Of a stretch of 64,000 nucleotides of DNA, positions 38,221 to 49,977 are shown piece by piece (position 1 is the stretch's first letter; the number at the start of each line of letters is the position of its first letter). The stretch lies in assembly GCA_002189035.1 (NCBI GenBank), contig NEEC01000021.1, forward strand, positions 558,001 through 622,000, written 5' to 3'. A program made the translations under genes and the position numbers. The DNA comes from Utricularia gibba (lineage: Eukaryota; Plantae; Magnoliophyta). Below the pieces are notes generated by a model. That model was not told the origin of the DNA, did not search any database, and was given only the letters and a program-made list of their open reading frames with translations.

Positions 38221-38841
38221 TATCACTGCAAAAAGAAGCTCTTTTACTGCAGCAGAACCGATGTCCGACGGGTCGCCGTCGCTTTCCCGTCCTACCCCGT
38301 CACCGTAGGCGCAACAAAAAAACGCTCAGTTTGATTTTTGAATGCGTCTTTTAGCTTTAGAAGGGCGGGCGGGGAGAAGTAAAGGAAGGGAGATGACGGA
38401 GGCTGCAGCACGCAGATCGAGGAATGGTCGGTCGGTCTCCGGTTCGCCAAATTCAAATCCGGTAAAAAATGCCCACACTTCAAATTTAAACTGCAGCATG
38501 TGCTTCATTGTTTTAATTATTTTTTTATGTAAAATATTCTTTATTTGAATAAAAGACGACTCGAATTCGCTCACAGAGTGGACACGTGTCTGCATGGCAA
38601 GCCCGGTCCGGAATCCCGACTCCAACCCGATCTAGATTTAGTAAGAATTTGATTGATGCGTATAATGTTAGAAGTGTACTTAATTTATTCGAGATTAAAT
38701 TAATATGTTTTGAGTGTTTAAAAATTAATGTATAATTTATTTAGATTTAAAATCAAAATATATTTGATATATAAATGTAAAAAATATATATTTTATTAAA
38801 ATTTTGTATAAAATTGTTTAAACGTTCCTATATATATAATA

Positions 38842-39030
38842 ATATATATTTGGTACACTAGTTTAACAATAAATGAATGTTTTACAAAATTATTGTAAAA
38901 TGCTTTGAAATAAGTATTTCAAATTTCATCTTTTAGATTGGTTTTGCTAAACAACCCAATTTATAAAGTATTTGTTTTAAACACATATATTAAATATATG
39001 TGTTTAAAATTTATATACTAAACAAATTTT
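38842..39030. mobile_element. Probable Tourist/PIF-type MITE remnant; related sequence in reverse orientation at ~590-660
   Basis: tatttggtacactagtttaacaataaatgaatgttttacaaaa resembles the reverse complement of 600-660 (gtttgatatactagtttatcaaaacataaatgttttataaaa). The right end tatactaaacaaatt is TIR-like. Degenerate; no confident TSD. Confidence 0.4.
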
Positions 39031-40046
39031 AATTTCAACCGCATAATACCTATCTTATTTAAATATAAATAATTCAAATATATTATAAATTGGTTAGAAT
39101 ACAAAATATTGAATATTTTATCCAATGGATTAACACATTACCACTTTAATCATTTTTTGAGGTTGTCAGTTTTCTCATTAATTCTATGTGTTCACTATGA
39201 ATACTCATTTAATAAATATCTAATTTTATCTCTAGAAATTATAAATTTCATATTGTAATTATATACAAGACGAAATCAAGTCGAAAAATTCAAATCATAT
39301 ATTGAGATAGTGGAAATAATTTGTAGCAACCACCACGTAAATATTATAAATTTATATAACAAACTTATTACAATAACATTAAATATTATATTCAATTGTT
39401 CACAATTACTTTTTATTAAACTTGTCATTTATATAACAAAAAATTGGTGTATTTAATCATATTTTATATGAATTGAGCAATTTAAGATATAAATAAAAGA
39501 TCATCAATACAATCAAACTCCTAAGGCATTTGTCATTTATAGAATTTAATCAAAGAAGAAGAAGAAGTAATCTATAACAACACTTAAAATTGATGATAAA
39601 TTAACATTTGAATAAAAATATCTCATTAGATGCATTTTAAATAAAGATTATTTTTACAAATGAGATGTAATATCATTCAAACTCTATTTGCCATTTGAAA
39701 ATCATTTTTAGAAAAGTATTTTTAAAAAATACGTTTAAAAGTATCGAATTGAATAGATATTATGACAAACTTCTTCATTCTAGATTTACACTTACAGTTA
39801 GATTGATTTTTTTTGTTTAGACCAAATGTCACGATCGGCATTTTAATTGTATAAAATTGTCCACTTTAGATATGTAATACTTACAATTTTATGTTTTTAC
39901 TTTTTAAGAAAAATACTTTATATAAAATTAAGAAGTTCTCTTTATTTAACCACATATTTTTCTTCATTTGTAACTAATATATGATTCTACACTGAGTTCC
40001 AATCTTACATTTCAAATGTCCACGTTTCCTTATATGATATTATATG

Positions 40047-40588
40047 TGATGGGGTCTAAATCGGATTAGGATAATCGGTTCCTTAAAAGTAGCCAAAAAA
40101 TGTCATGACAGACTGATACAGACCGACAAACCGATATCCATCAGAAATTTGACAGTAGTGGCCGTTTTGGACAGACTGAAAAGTAGTCGAATTACGGCAA
40201 TAGCAGAGCAGGTGACAGTTATTCGGAAGTAGAGCCGCAGTCTAGGCAGCAGGTGCGGAAAGCAACCGATATATCCAGGATTCAAGATTATGTCAGATCG
40301 ACTTCTCCTATAAATATAAGAAATTTTGAAGAGAAAAAGATTGAACTCTAAGCCTCTCAACTTGTATTTTCTCTCCTCTGTCTAGTGAAAATCATTTTCC
40401 GGCGAGTTCCGACAGTTTCGTGGTTTTTTCGTTTCTTCAACGGTTTACATGTAAAAATCATTGTCTCTCTTTATTTCTGTTAATGGCACCAAGCAAAACA
40501 CTTATGTCATAATCGGATACAACGCATTTGATCGTATCCATAACCTGAAAATCGGATTCTGTCCGAATACCGATTTTCGCCCTTAACA
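40047..40588 (-). mobile_element. Solo LTR (542 bp), copy B, same family as 10858-11402
   Basis: The reverse complement reads tgttaagggcgaaaatcggtattc...ccccatca (TG...CA). Perfect 5-bp TSD ATATG at 40042-40046 and 40589-40593. Colinear similarity to copy A over the whole length. Confidence 0.9.
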
Positions 40589-41538
40589 ATATGATTTGTG
40601 CATTCAACTTTTATGATTTTAGATTATATATTCCAGAGAAAAGATCTAATAGAAAATTTTAAGAGTCACTCCTAACCTTTGTCCCATCAAATATTGATTA
40701 TCATTTAAGATTTTGCTTGTGTACTAAAATAGGAAAAGAAAGAATCACTTCATCCATCTTTTTTAAATTGCAGAATCAGTTTTAAAATTTTATACAAAAA
40801 CATTAAGAAATAATGGAACCATGAATAGAGAATATGTATTTTATTACTTATTTTTATTATTGGGAAAACTAATCTATGGGTTCATTCATTCATAAGAAAA
40901 ATTATTTTAATTCATTGAGTATACGGGTATTCCGATTTAATCACACCTATATTAAACTTTAACCGAAAATAAACACGTCATAAATCTTTATTTAAATCCA
41001 ATATAAAACCCATTACCTAACAAGTAAACATGTCATCTATAGGATTCAATTATGTTAATCCATCTTGCCCAACCCTATGCATTAATGAAATAGGTGTAGA
41101 TTTAAATAAGTTCTCTCGTGTAGATTTTAAAAAATCATATCATTTGGAAATATGGTTTAAAACATATTTAAGTTATTTTTCAATTTATTTTGATTTTGAA
41201 TTGAATTTATTTTAAAATACATATCCGAATTTATTGATTTTTAAATATATTTATCATAAAATATATAATATTTAAAAATAATATATAAATTATATACATT
41301 TACATTTTAATTGTATATATTTTTTAATTTTTTAATAAAATTTATTGATCAAGCCAAAAAAATTATATAATTGAATTGAATAGGTAACATATCATTTTTG
41401 GACAATAAGACTAAACATAATATAATTTATAATAATTAATTTAAATCCACTGACTAAAACCTCGCTGGGGGAGTCGAGTATTTTCTGCTGCTCCGACATC
41501 TTCGAGGCTCCTCAAGGTCACCCTTGCTCTCCTTGTCA

Positions 41539-44061
41539 ATGGCGTCACGCTTGCTATCTAGCCCCACCATCCGCGGCGTCGCTCTTAGCCCCAAGCCGGC
41601 GGCGAGGATTTCCGGCGTTGGCAATGCCACCGCGTTTTCGCTCCATGCGAAAGTCGAGGGTATTGGACATTTACCGATGCGACGTCAGCTGAAGCCACCG
41701 GCGATTTTGTTGGTATCTCCGAAACATATCGCCGCCGCTTCCTCAGATATTAGTAACCGAAAGATTACTACTTGCTTTGCCGCCGCTTCTTCCCCTGCTG
41801 AAGGTAGCGATTCTTCAGGGTGAGGTCTGTTTCTTGCGCCGCGATCCGTTTTGAGCTTTGGGATTTTTTTTTCCCTAAACTGGTATTGTTTCTCTGCAGT
41901 GCCGAAGTTGGGTTTTTGGAGAAATACCCGGCTCTTGTAACCGGATTCTTCTTCTTCATGTGGTATGTTTCGTTCCTGTTAGGCCTCCAAACTGCGCTTT
42001 CTTTTCAACTGAATGCTTTATTTCTTTCTTGCTGCCAGGTATTTTCTCAACGTCATATTCAACATTATCAACAAGAAGATCTACAATTACTTTCCGTATC
42101 CATAGTACGAACCCACTTACCACTTACCAAACATGGTGTACTTTTTCGATGAATCAATTTTTTTGTTGATTATTTGCAGCTTTGTGTCTGTGATACACTT
42201 ATTTGTGGGAGTTGTGTACTGCTTGATTTCTTGGGCAGTTGGCCTCCCAAAACGAGCTGTGAGTTTTGTCACTTTTGTTGATGGATTCAGTTTTTCTCGA
42301 TTTTGATTGCATTCTCTACCGTTGATCTACAGCCAATCGACTCAAACCTGTTAAAGCTTCTGATTCCAGTTGCTGTTTGCCATGCTCTTGGCCATGTAAC
42401 CAGCAATGTATCTTTTGCTGCCGTTGCTGTGTCGTTCACTCACACCATCAAAGGTCCACAATATCAGGCTTCTTCTCAATCCATTCGAGGGAGAAATTTG
42501 ATTTAACATCTGTTTGTTTGAATTCAGCCTTGGAGCCATTCTTCAATGCTGCGGCTTCTCAGTTCATTCTCGGACAGCAGATTCCATTCACATTATGGCT
42601 GTCCCTCGCTCCTGTCGTCATTGGTAAGCTTCTATCTAGAAAACTAAATGCTTGCAAGAACTATGTGCTGTTCAATTTTAGAAGCAGAATTCTCGAAAGT
42701 ATACATTTTTATGTTCTACAGCAGTGCTAAGAAACTTCTTTGAAATCCTTGATATCTATGAAGGACTTGGTTCAGTGAGTGTAATGTTCTTGAAGTAGCA
42801 TCACAGACCCCTTTTTCACTCTTGAGGCTTTGAGATCAATGCAGGTGTCTCGATGGCATCATTGACGGAACTGTCTTTTAATTGGATTGGCTTCACTAGC
42901 GCCATGATTTCTAACATCTCCTTCACTTATAGGAGCATATACTCCAAAAAAGCCATGGTTTGTTCATATTCACTACATTGGGAACCCTTTTTTGTAACAT
43001 TTTGCTGATCAACATTCATCTATTTATTCTTGCAGACAGACATGGATAGCACCAACTTGTACGCATACATTTCGATTATTGCTCTGATTGTCTGCATCCC
43101 TCCTGCTCTCATCGTGAGTCTCTAGCTGATAAACATCATCCCTTTGGTTTTCATTCAGCACTTTTCTTTAAACTTCATATGCAATACGAACATCATGAAT
43201 CAGGTTGAAGGGCCTCAACTCTTGAAGCACGGCTTCAATGATGCAATTGCTAAAGTTGGCCTGACTAAGTTTGCAACTGACCTTCTCTTGGTTGGACTGT
43301 TTTACCATCTCTACAACCAGGTAGGTACCATGGCTACTCCCCAGCCATATCTATGCTGAGGTTAAAAATATTAGAAATCGATTTAGTCAATTTTAGTGTT
43401 CGAAAAACAGTGCAATTACGAAGAATACTGACCAGGTGAATATGAAAACCGGGTGCATCTGCATCAGGTGAGAAGTCTGCTATGAGAATTGAGAGGGTTG
43501 AAAACCCGGAAATTGGTACAAATAGAGAACACCCACACCAATTTCTCAGGTTCTATCCTCTGGATACTCATACTGGATTCATCACTGGAGCACTCAGTTT
43601 CCATATATGTTCTCCGGGTCATCATTCTTGATGTTTTTGTCTCTTTTCCAACACTAACATCATCTTAAGCTTGACTGTGAGTTGGTTGGTCTCTCCATGC
43701 CTGGCTGGTCTCCCATTCTCAGCCTCACCCAACTCTCTGTTTCAGGTTGCCACCAACACGCTGGAGCGGGTTGCCCCACTGACTCACGCCGTTGGGAATG
43801 TCCTGAAGCGCGTGTTCGTCATCGGATTCTCGATCATCGTTTTCGGCAACAAGATCTCGCTGCAGACGGGGATCGGAACAAGCATCGCCATTGCAGGAGT
43901 GGCAATGTACTCGCTGATCAAGGCCAAGCTGGAGGAAGAGAAACGGGTACGCTTTCTTCACCAGTATTACCCTTTTTCTCCCGAAAACTGAATCTTGAAG
44001 GCTTCTACAATTTTGAGGTTTCTCTTTGCAGCAGCTGAAGTCCGCCAAACAAGCAGGATGA
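41539..44061 (+). CDS. TPT: Chloroplast triose phosphate/phosphate translocator, 11 exons
   Basis: Transit peptide followed by [74 protein letters not shown] and [38 protein letters not shown]. Ends EEEKR|QLKSAKQAG*. Confidence 0.97.
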
Positions 44062-44150
44062 GTCGAAGCACCAGTCTCAAGCTTTCGCCTTCATGTTTGA
44101 TTGTACAATAAAATAAAAATAGTTTTTTTTTTCTATATCGAGTTTTTGAA

Positions 44151-44168
44151 TATATATATATATATATA
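44151..44168. repeat. (TA)9 microsatellite in the TPT 3' region
   Basis: tatatatatatatatata read directly. Confidence 0.9.
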
Positions 44169-45014
44169 CTTATTTTTAAAAATAAATTAATATTTTATTC
44201 AACTATAATATATGTTTATTAATATCTTATCTCGTTGATTTTCAATTTTAAATTCCAGTTATACCAAATATGTCGATGAAAATTTAAACCAAATGAAAAG
44301 AATTCGATTATTCAGTTTTTGGATTTTTTCAATTTTCACGAATTTTTCTCCTAAATCTATGATGTACAAGTGTATATTTCATAGATTTGGGGATACATGA
44401 ATAAAGTACGAGAATTCATACAACTTAGATATATCTGTATTTTCAATAATTTATTAAAAACACATAATTTTTAAAAATAAAATTATATAATATTAAATAA
44501 TTTAATTTGACATATAAACTTTTACATTTAATTATTAATAACAAAGTAATAAAATCTATATGTAATATTTAAATATCATATTTATCAATATTAAAAGAGA
44601 AATCTAACATCGAAAATATCAAGATTAACATTAAAAAATAACATAATTTTAATCTAAATGAAAAAATCTAATCCATACAACCACTAGTGAAATAAAATAA
44701 AATTATAAGTATGCAATTGAATAAGTTTATTGAATAATAATATTATATATATTTCTATATTAATCTTTAATTTTTTTAATAAAAATTTATTGGATACCTA
44801 TACGTAAATCTGTATATGTATCCGTAAATATGCGTATTGAGTACTTGAATTTATATAAAATAGAAGAATTCTTGCACCTAAGTTACATATTTATGTAACA
44901 TATTTTTAAATAATATATCTTTCCCCAGCAATTTCTGGGACGGACATCACGTTTACTGCTTCCTGAAGTGTTTTAGGGCGTAGGATTTGGAACGGAGATG
45001 AGCCAATCAACGAG

Positions 45015-46604
45015 ATGAGGAGTATGTTGCTCTGCTTCTTGCTGCTGTTTCCCACCGCGATCCGTAGTTCGATTTCTTTGACGGACCGTCAAGCGCCGTC
45101 GTCTTGCTCCGACGCGGGGGAATACAAATCGCTGGCGTGCGAAGTGGAAGAGGCCAAGCTCAGAATCGTTCGATTAGGTAAGAACGAGTTCTTCTTTGCG
45201 TTTTGATTGGAATGTGATAGCGGTTTGTTGTCGCAGAAACGATCTTGGAGAAAAGAATCGAGGAGGTAAATACCAGGGCTGAGTATTTTCGAGGCCTCGA
45301 GAAGAAAGTCGAGGAGTTGAGGGAGGAGATTGGGCGCTTGAAAACTGTGTTATCAAACTTTGAGCAAGATCGCTTGCTTTCAAGTGGGAAGGTCGTTGCC
45401 CTAGAGGAAGAGGTAATCTCGGGTACATGCAACTGAAATTCTTTGAATTCGTTCTCCGTGACAATGCAGCAACATATTCTTTAACTCCTACAGGTTAAGC
45501 TTTTGTGGGCTGCTTCCCGCAGAAATAACTTCGAAATCTACAATTTGGAATCCTTAGCTGCAGATTCTGAGCAAAGATTGAATGAACTCAGTTCCAAAGT
45601 TGAAGAGGTTCCACTACAGATTCTTTTCCTTATCAATCCCTGATTTGTTTCTGGGTTTTGCTTCAAAGTATCAGACTATACATGTTGATGATAGTATCGT
45701 CATACAGGTGAATGCCATTGTAACAGAACAGTGGATCCAAATTCAGAGACTAGAGCAAGCCGTCTACGTTGCCAAGGTACTAATTTTTAGGCATGCGCAG
45801 TTGTTAATGACAAAGAAGTAATGCCAGATTTTTTTACGTTTCAGATAAGAACATTGAAATTTAAGGAATTTTGGAGAAAATGCCCATTCATCAAGGTACC
45901 AGTTTCTTCAACAAGCCTTTTTTGTTATATCAGATAAGTGTGAGAATCAATGTTGTATCATAAACTTAAGGATGGTTTTCGTTTCAATAGTTTTTCTTCG
46001 ACTTTTACACTGGTCGCATCGAAGCCATTAAGGATGTTCTAAAGCCTTATGGGCCAAAGTACAAGTACATGATCGCATTCTGCAATTACCAAGCTTCACA
46101 GGCATTTGCAGCTGCTAAGGATTACCATCATCAGGTATAGAATATTTCATCTCAGGTAAGAGTGTAACTTAACCATTGAAAACCATCATCACGAGTGTTG
46201 AGTTCCTGATTAAGATCTCAATCCTTGCTGAAGTGTCCTTTTTATATAAATGATCCTTATTGGGTCCGGACTTGGTCCCCGAGTCTAACAATGTTATATT
46301 CAAATCACTTCATTGGATTCATTGCTAAAGCCGGTATTCAGCCCCCATCTTTCTTTGTAAATTACAGCTGCAGAGTTTTATACGGCAGACAATGCAGAGT
46401 AATGAAATTACATCTGCTTTGGCACACGAGGAGATTGTATTTTTTGTGGTAAATCCATTTCCCTGGCAGCTGCTGCGTCCCATGATGCTTTAGTTTTATG
46501 CAACTGTGCTTTTTCTATGTTTTCAGGCATCCGCCTTGGTCGCCATTCCGATCATGACTGCGTGCATGACACTTCTACAGCTTAGGAGCTACTTTGTGCC
46601 TTAA
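45015..46604 (+). CDS. Uncharacterised coiled-coil protein with predicted signal peptide and C-terminal TM (plant 'myosin heavy chain-related' family), 8 exons
   Basis: Spliced ORF: MRSMLLCFLLLF... |VKLLWAASRRNNFEI...|VNAIVTEQWIQIQRLEQA...|KDYHHQ|LQSFIRQTMQSNEITSALAHEEIVFFV|ASALVAIPIMTACMTLLQLRSYFVP*. All junctions are GT-AG and in frame. Confidence 0.88.
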
Positions 46605-47410
46605 GAGCTCCCCATAGACAAAGGTTGATGATGGCAAGATACTTGGAAATTACACTGCGTGTTCGGTGGGTGGCTTCATCCCCTCCAAAAGGAGAATTTA
46701 CACTTGGAATGGTGCACATGAATCCGCTGGATATGCAGTAAGCAGGAGTACAGTTTTGGTTGTAGAATTTAAATATATTGAAGAACGTTTTTAATATGGA
46801 TTTTTGGATGAAATATATTTTGTTAATTAATTGTAATTAATATAATAAATATTTTATGTATATGAAAATATAATTATTTTTTAATATAAATACAAAAGAG
46901 AAAATTAAAAGGCAAAAATTTTAGATGAATTGTGTGATTTATATATCTTAAAATAAGGAATATGAAATTTCAGTTTTAATTTTTTATAATCTTGTTTTAG
47001 TTAGTAAATATAAATTTTTATATAATTAAATTTTTCACATGTTAAATGTATAGTCATGATTCTTTCAATTTTTAAAGTAAGTTTTTTAAAATTAAAATGA
47101 ATTGATGATTTATGATTTTAAGAAGATAATGAAAAGTATGTTCTATTAAAATAAAAAAAATATTTGGTAAGTAGTATATAAAAATATTTTGTTCCTTTTA
47201 TATAGTTAGGTAAAATATGAATAAAAAATTAAATATTATTTGTTTACAATAATAGTTTTAAGAAATTACAGAAAGTGTGGGAACCAATGCTGATTAGTCT
47301 CGTTTGGTCAACAGTTGATTGGGCTTTGACTTTGATCCTTCAATAGTGGATCGGATTTCAATTTTACTAAATGGGGCATGCCATCACGCAAGCCTGACAT
47401 GTACGGAACC

Positions 47411-47440
47411 GGGCTTTTCGGGGACTACGGTAAAAGCCCA
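47411..47440. promoter_or_regulatory. Inverted site II-like pair (GGGCTTTT...AAAAGCCCA) upstream of NFD6
   Basis: gggcttttcggggactacggtaaaagccca, ~100 bp upstream of the ATG at 47539. Confidence 0.55.
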
Positions 47441-47538
47441 TATGTTCCAAATCATGTTCGGACATGAGATGGAGGTGAGAGCTCCTCTAAACCCACGCAA
47501 AGCCCTTTCCTTGACGTCGGCGATTTCGAACGGTCGTC

Positions 47539-48548
47539 ATGGCCGCTACCTCGAGGACAATACTGCACTCCACCGGAGTGTTTTTTCGCGGCGTCGCAGC
47601 GAGGATTTCGTCTGGTGTGAATCCGAGGGCTGTTCCTTCTCCATTAGGCGTCCATTCTCGAAATCCCCTGCCGATGCGCATTTCCAGGTTTTTGTGCTGA
47701 GAACTCGAAATTAAGAATGGCGATCATTGATACCTGATCTCGAATCACTTTTTGAACTCGAAATTAGGTCACCAGTGGAGATGAGCAGAGTCTGTGCGGT
47801 ATCTCTGTTACCATATCACAGTGCTGCCGCCTCAGCTGTGCTGACTTCTTTGCTGTCGCATGCTCCTAGTGGCCATGTTTGGAATATAGAAGGTAATTTG
47901 CTCTGTGTTTGGTTTAATGAATATAGTTGGAAGAGGGTTTCTTTGTGACGAGTTTGCGTTTGTTTCTGGTTTTAGATGCTTGAGATGCTCCATGTAAAAG
48001 TTGGAGATGCCTGTGAAAATTGTGGCTACGTGTGCTGATAGAGGGGCCTATGCATTTTGAGAACCATAAAAAGGGCACAACACACCTAAGAGTAGTTCAC
48101 GTAGTTCAGCATGTGGCACTTTCTTTGATAGTTGGTTATGAAACTTTTGCAAGTGAGCCTTAAAATTGAACAGAATTTGTCAAAAATTGCTTTTTTATCG
48201 TTTCAGCTACAATTGGCGATGGATAATCTGTGAGAAATATCATGCTAATGTTTGTTATTCATCAGCTTCACTTGATGATCTATGAGAACTTCTGGTTCAT
48301 TCCAGTGGAGTTTTTACTGTTCCCCACAATCCCTAGAGGAAATGCTTGATGATCTATGGCTTGTTATTCTGTATGCAAGCCATAGGCACTTCAATTATTA
48401 TCGATTACCATTGTATTGTGTCATCTTTTGATGCATCAGCTGTTTTAGCTTCCCTATGTGTTATATGTTATTATACTTTGGATTTCATTACCAACATCCC
48501 TTGCAAACAGGGTCTTTTGACACACCTCTTTTCTATTTAGGCCTGTGA
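47539..48548 (+). CDS. NFD6: NUCLEAR FUSION DEFECTIVE 6-like small organelle-targeted protein (missed by the ORF track); exons 47539-47687, 47768-47892, then one of several terminal micro-exons
   Basis: Spliced product MAATSRTILHSTGVFFRGVAARISSGVNPRAVPSPLGVHSRNPLPMRIS|RSPVEMSRVCAVSLLPYHSAAASAVLTSLLSHAPSGHVWNIE. This matches the family signature RSPVEMS...LPYH.A.ASA.L.S.LS. The end coordinate assumes the GL* terminal exon. Confidence 0.85.
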
Positions 48549-49090
48549 TTTGCCCTTCACAGAGGTATTCAGAAGCATTCGTAAACACGCACTATCGCAT
48601 TTTCATTCAGCACAACCTCAGCCATCATCTGGACGCTGGAGTTGCTTAAACTTGTACTCATCTCCTTTAAGAATCAGTCTGTCTCGTAGGACTTTTTTAT
48701 CCGACTTCAGGATTCTTAGATTCCGGATGTAGATGTTTCAAGGTGTCTTCTAAGACAGCATAAGCCCAGATTTTGGATACTCATTGATTTTCTTCTCAAG
48801 GTGTCTTGTGAAGACCTTGATCTTGATCTCAGCTATAAAAGTTGGCACTTTCGACCATTGAAAGCACCACCCAGAGTGCAATTTTCTTCTTCTACATTAT
48901 GAAAAGCGTTTGGTTTGAGCTCACGTTTTTGTTACAGGCTTAATGAATTGGTAGCTCCTCACACTATGATACTCATAATTACTTGATGTTGCAGGCAAAT
49001 GTCACGTAGAACAAATGGTGACCAACTACAGATTCATTGCTTCGCCTTCATCTGCAGGAACTTAGAAGACGAAGCATGAATGTTTTGCAA

Positions 49091-49300
49091 GCCAAAAGGC
49101 ATTCGGCGATTCTCACTTTCTGGTTTTGAGATCCACGGAAGCCTTGGGGCCTAGGCTTCTTGCTGAAGACTGCGTCTGATTACAACACCGTTACCACGAG
49201 CATGTGCCCGTTCGTTCTAAGTTTCAGGCTCTCGACCTTCATGAAGACCGGTTTCCGCAGGTTTTGGCTTGTTTGGTGCGGCGGGTTCGCTGCTTCGCTG
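49091..49300 (-). pseudogene. Truncated pseudogene of a small OB-fold nucleic-acid-binding protein (At2g33845/At4g28440-like family)
   Basis: Translates as EAANPPHQTSQNLRKPVFMKVESLKLRTNGHMLVVTVL*SDAVFSKKPRPQGFRGSQNQKVRIAECLL; the family reads LRKPVF.KV..L.PGT.GH.L.VKV...RIAECLVGDETG. There is an in-frame TAA, no intact ATG, and similarity ends abruptly before GDETG. Confidence 0.85.
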
Positions 49301-49614
49301 ATTTGGCGTCGGAGATGAGATGAGAAGTTTCCGATGCCAGTACTTGCACAAAACGGATTTGATTTCGACACCTAATTTGAATATATCATCTGGCGCGGTC
49401 AAATTGATACTCTCTCAACTTTTGGGCCTCTTTCGTTTTCATTACGGGCCTATTCTTGGGAGTTCAGGCCCACACTGCTAGGGAGCCTTGACTGTTGCCC
49501 TTGCTACTACTATCAGGAATGGGCAGGAATTGCTACTAATGCTGGGGATCAACATGCACAAGTCTTCTATGAAGGGCCTTGCAGGTGTGTTTGTGTGACA
49601 TCTCAAAGCATTAA

Positions 49615-49827
49615 GGATCTGTTTGGTATCATTTTAAAAAATAACTTCAAAAAAAGTAAATTTTTATATTTAAAAAGCATTTCAATTTTGAAGCAAAAAT
49701 TCTTCAACTTTTCAAAAAAATTAAAACACTTCATTGTTTCAATTCAATGTGAAGCAGAAGTAATACATGTTTTGTTTAAGAATCACTTCTAGAAATATTT
49801 TGAAACTGGAATGTATCAAACAAACTT
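49615..49827. mobile_element. Tourist-like MITE, 213 bp
   Basis: TAA flanks (49612-49614, 49828-49830), imperfect TIRs ggatctgtttggtat / gtatcaaacaaactt, and an AT-rich interior. Confidence 0.6.
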
Positions 49828-49977
49828 TAAATGCCTCATTTGATGTATAACACAACCAAGGTTGGTGATATGTTCATGACTACTTAGGTGTGAGATAGCG
49901 CTGGCTGCACAAGGGGAACTGCTGAAGCCCTTGTCCAGCTTTGAGACAGGTACTTTCTTTCTAGTAATCTAATGAAG

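Noticed and set aside
37391-38625. Multiple antisense and alternative-frame ORFs over IPGA1 exon 1
   Set aside because: Low-complexity Ser/Pro/GC-rich shadows of the real CDS.
44370-44860. GGATAC/GTATCC-rich AT stretch between TPT and the coiled-coil gene, suggestive of a non-autonomous hAT
   Set aside because: No convincing TIR pair or 8-bp TSD found.
47319-47714. 131-aa ORF in the track
   Set aside because: Wrong frame; the real product is the spliced NFD6-like protein starting at 47539.
48271-48358. 14-bp direct repeat cttgatgatctatg containing C-box-like TGATGA in the NFD6 3' region
   Set aside because: No downstream CTGA D box at snoRNA spacing.
48738-48821. Small hairpin tcaaggtgtcttgtgaagaccttga that superficially recalls tasiARF
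   Set aside because: Does not match the TAS3 tasiARF sequence, and no miR390 sites were recognised.
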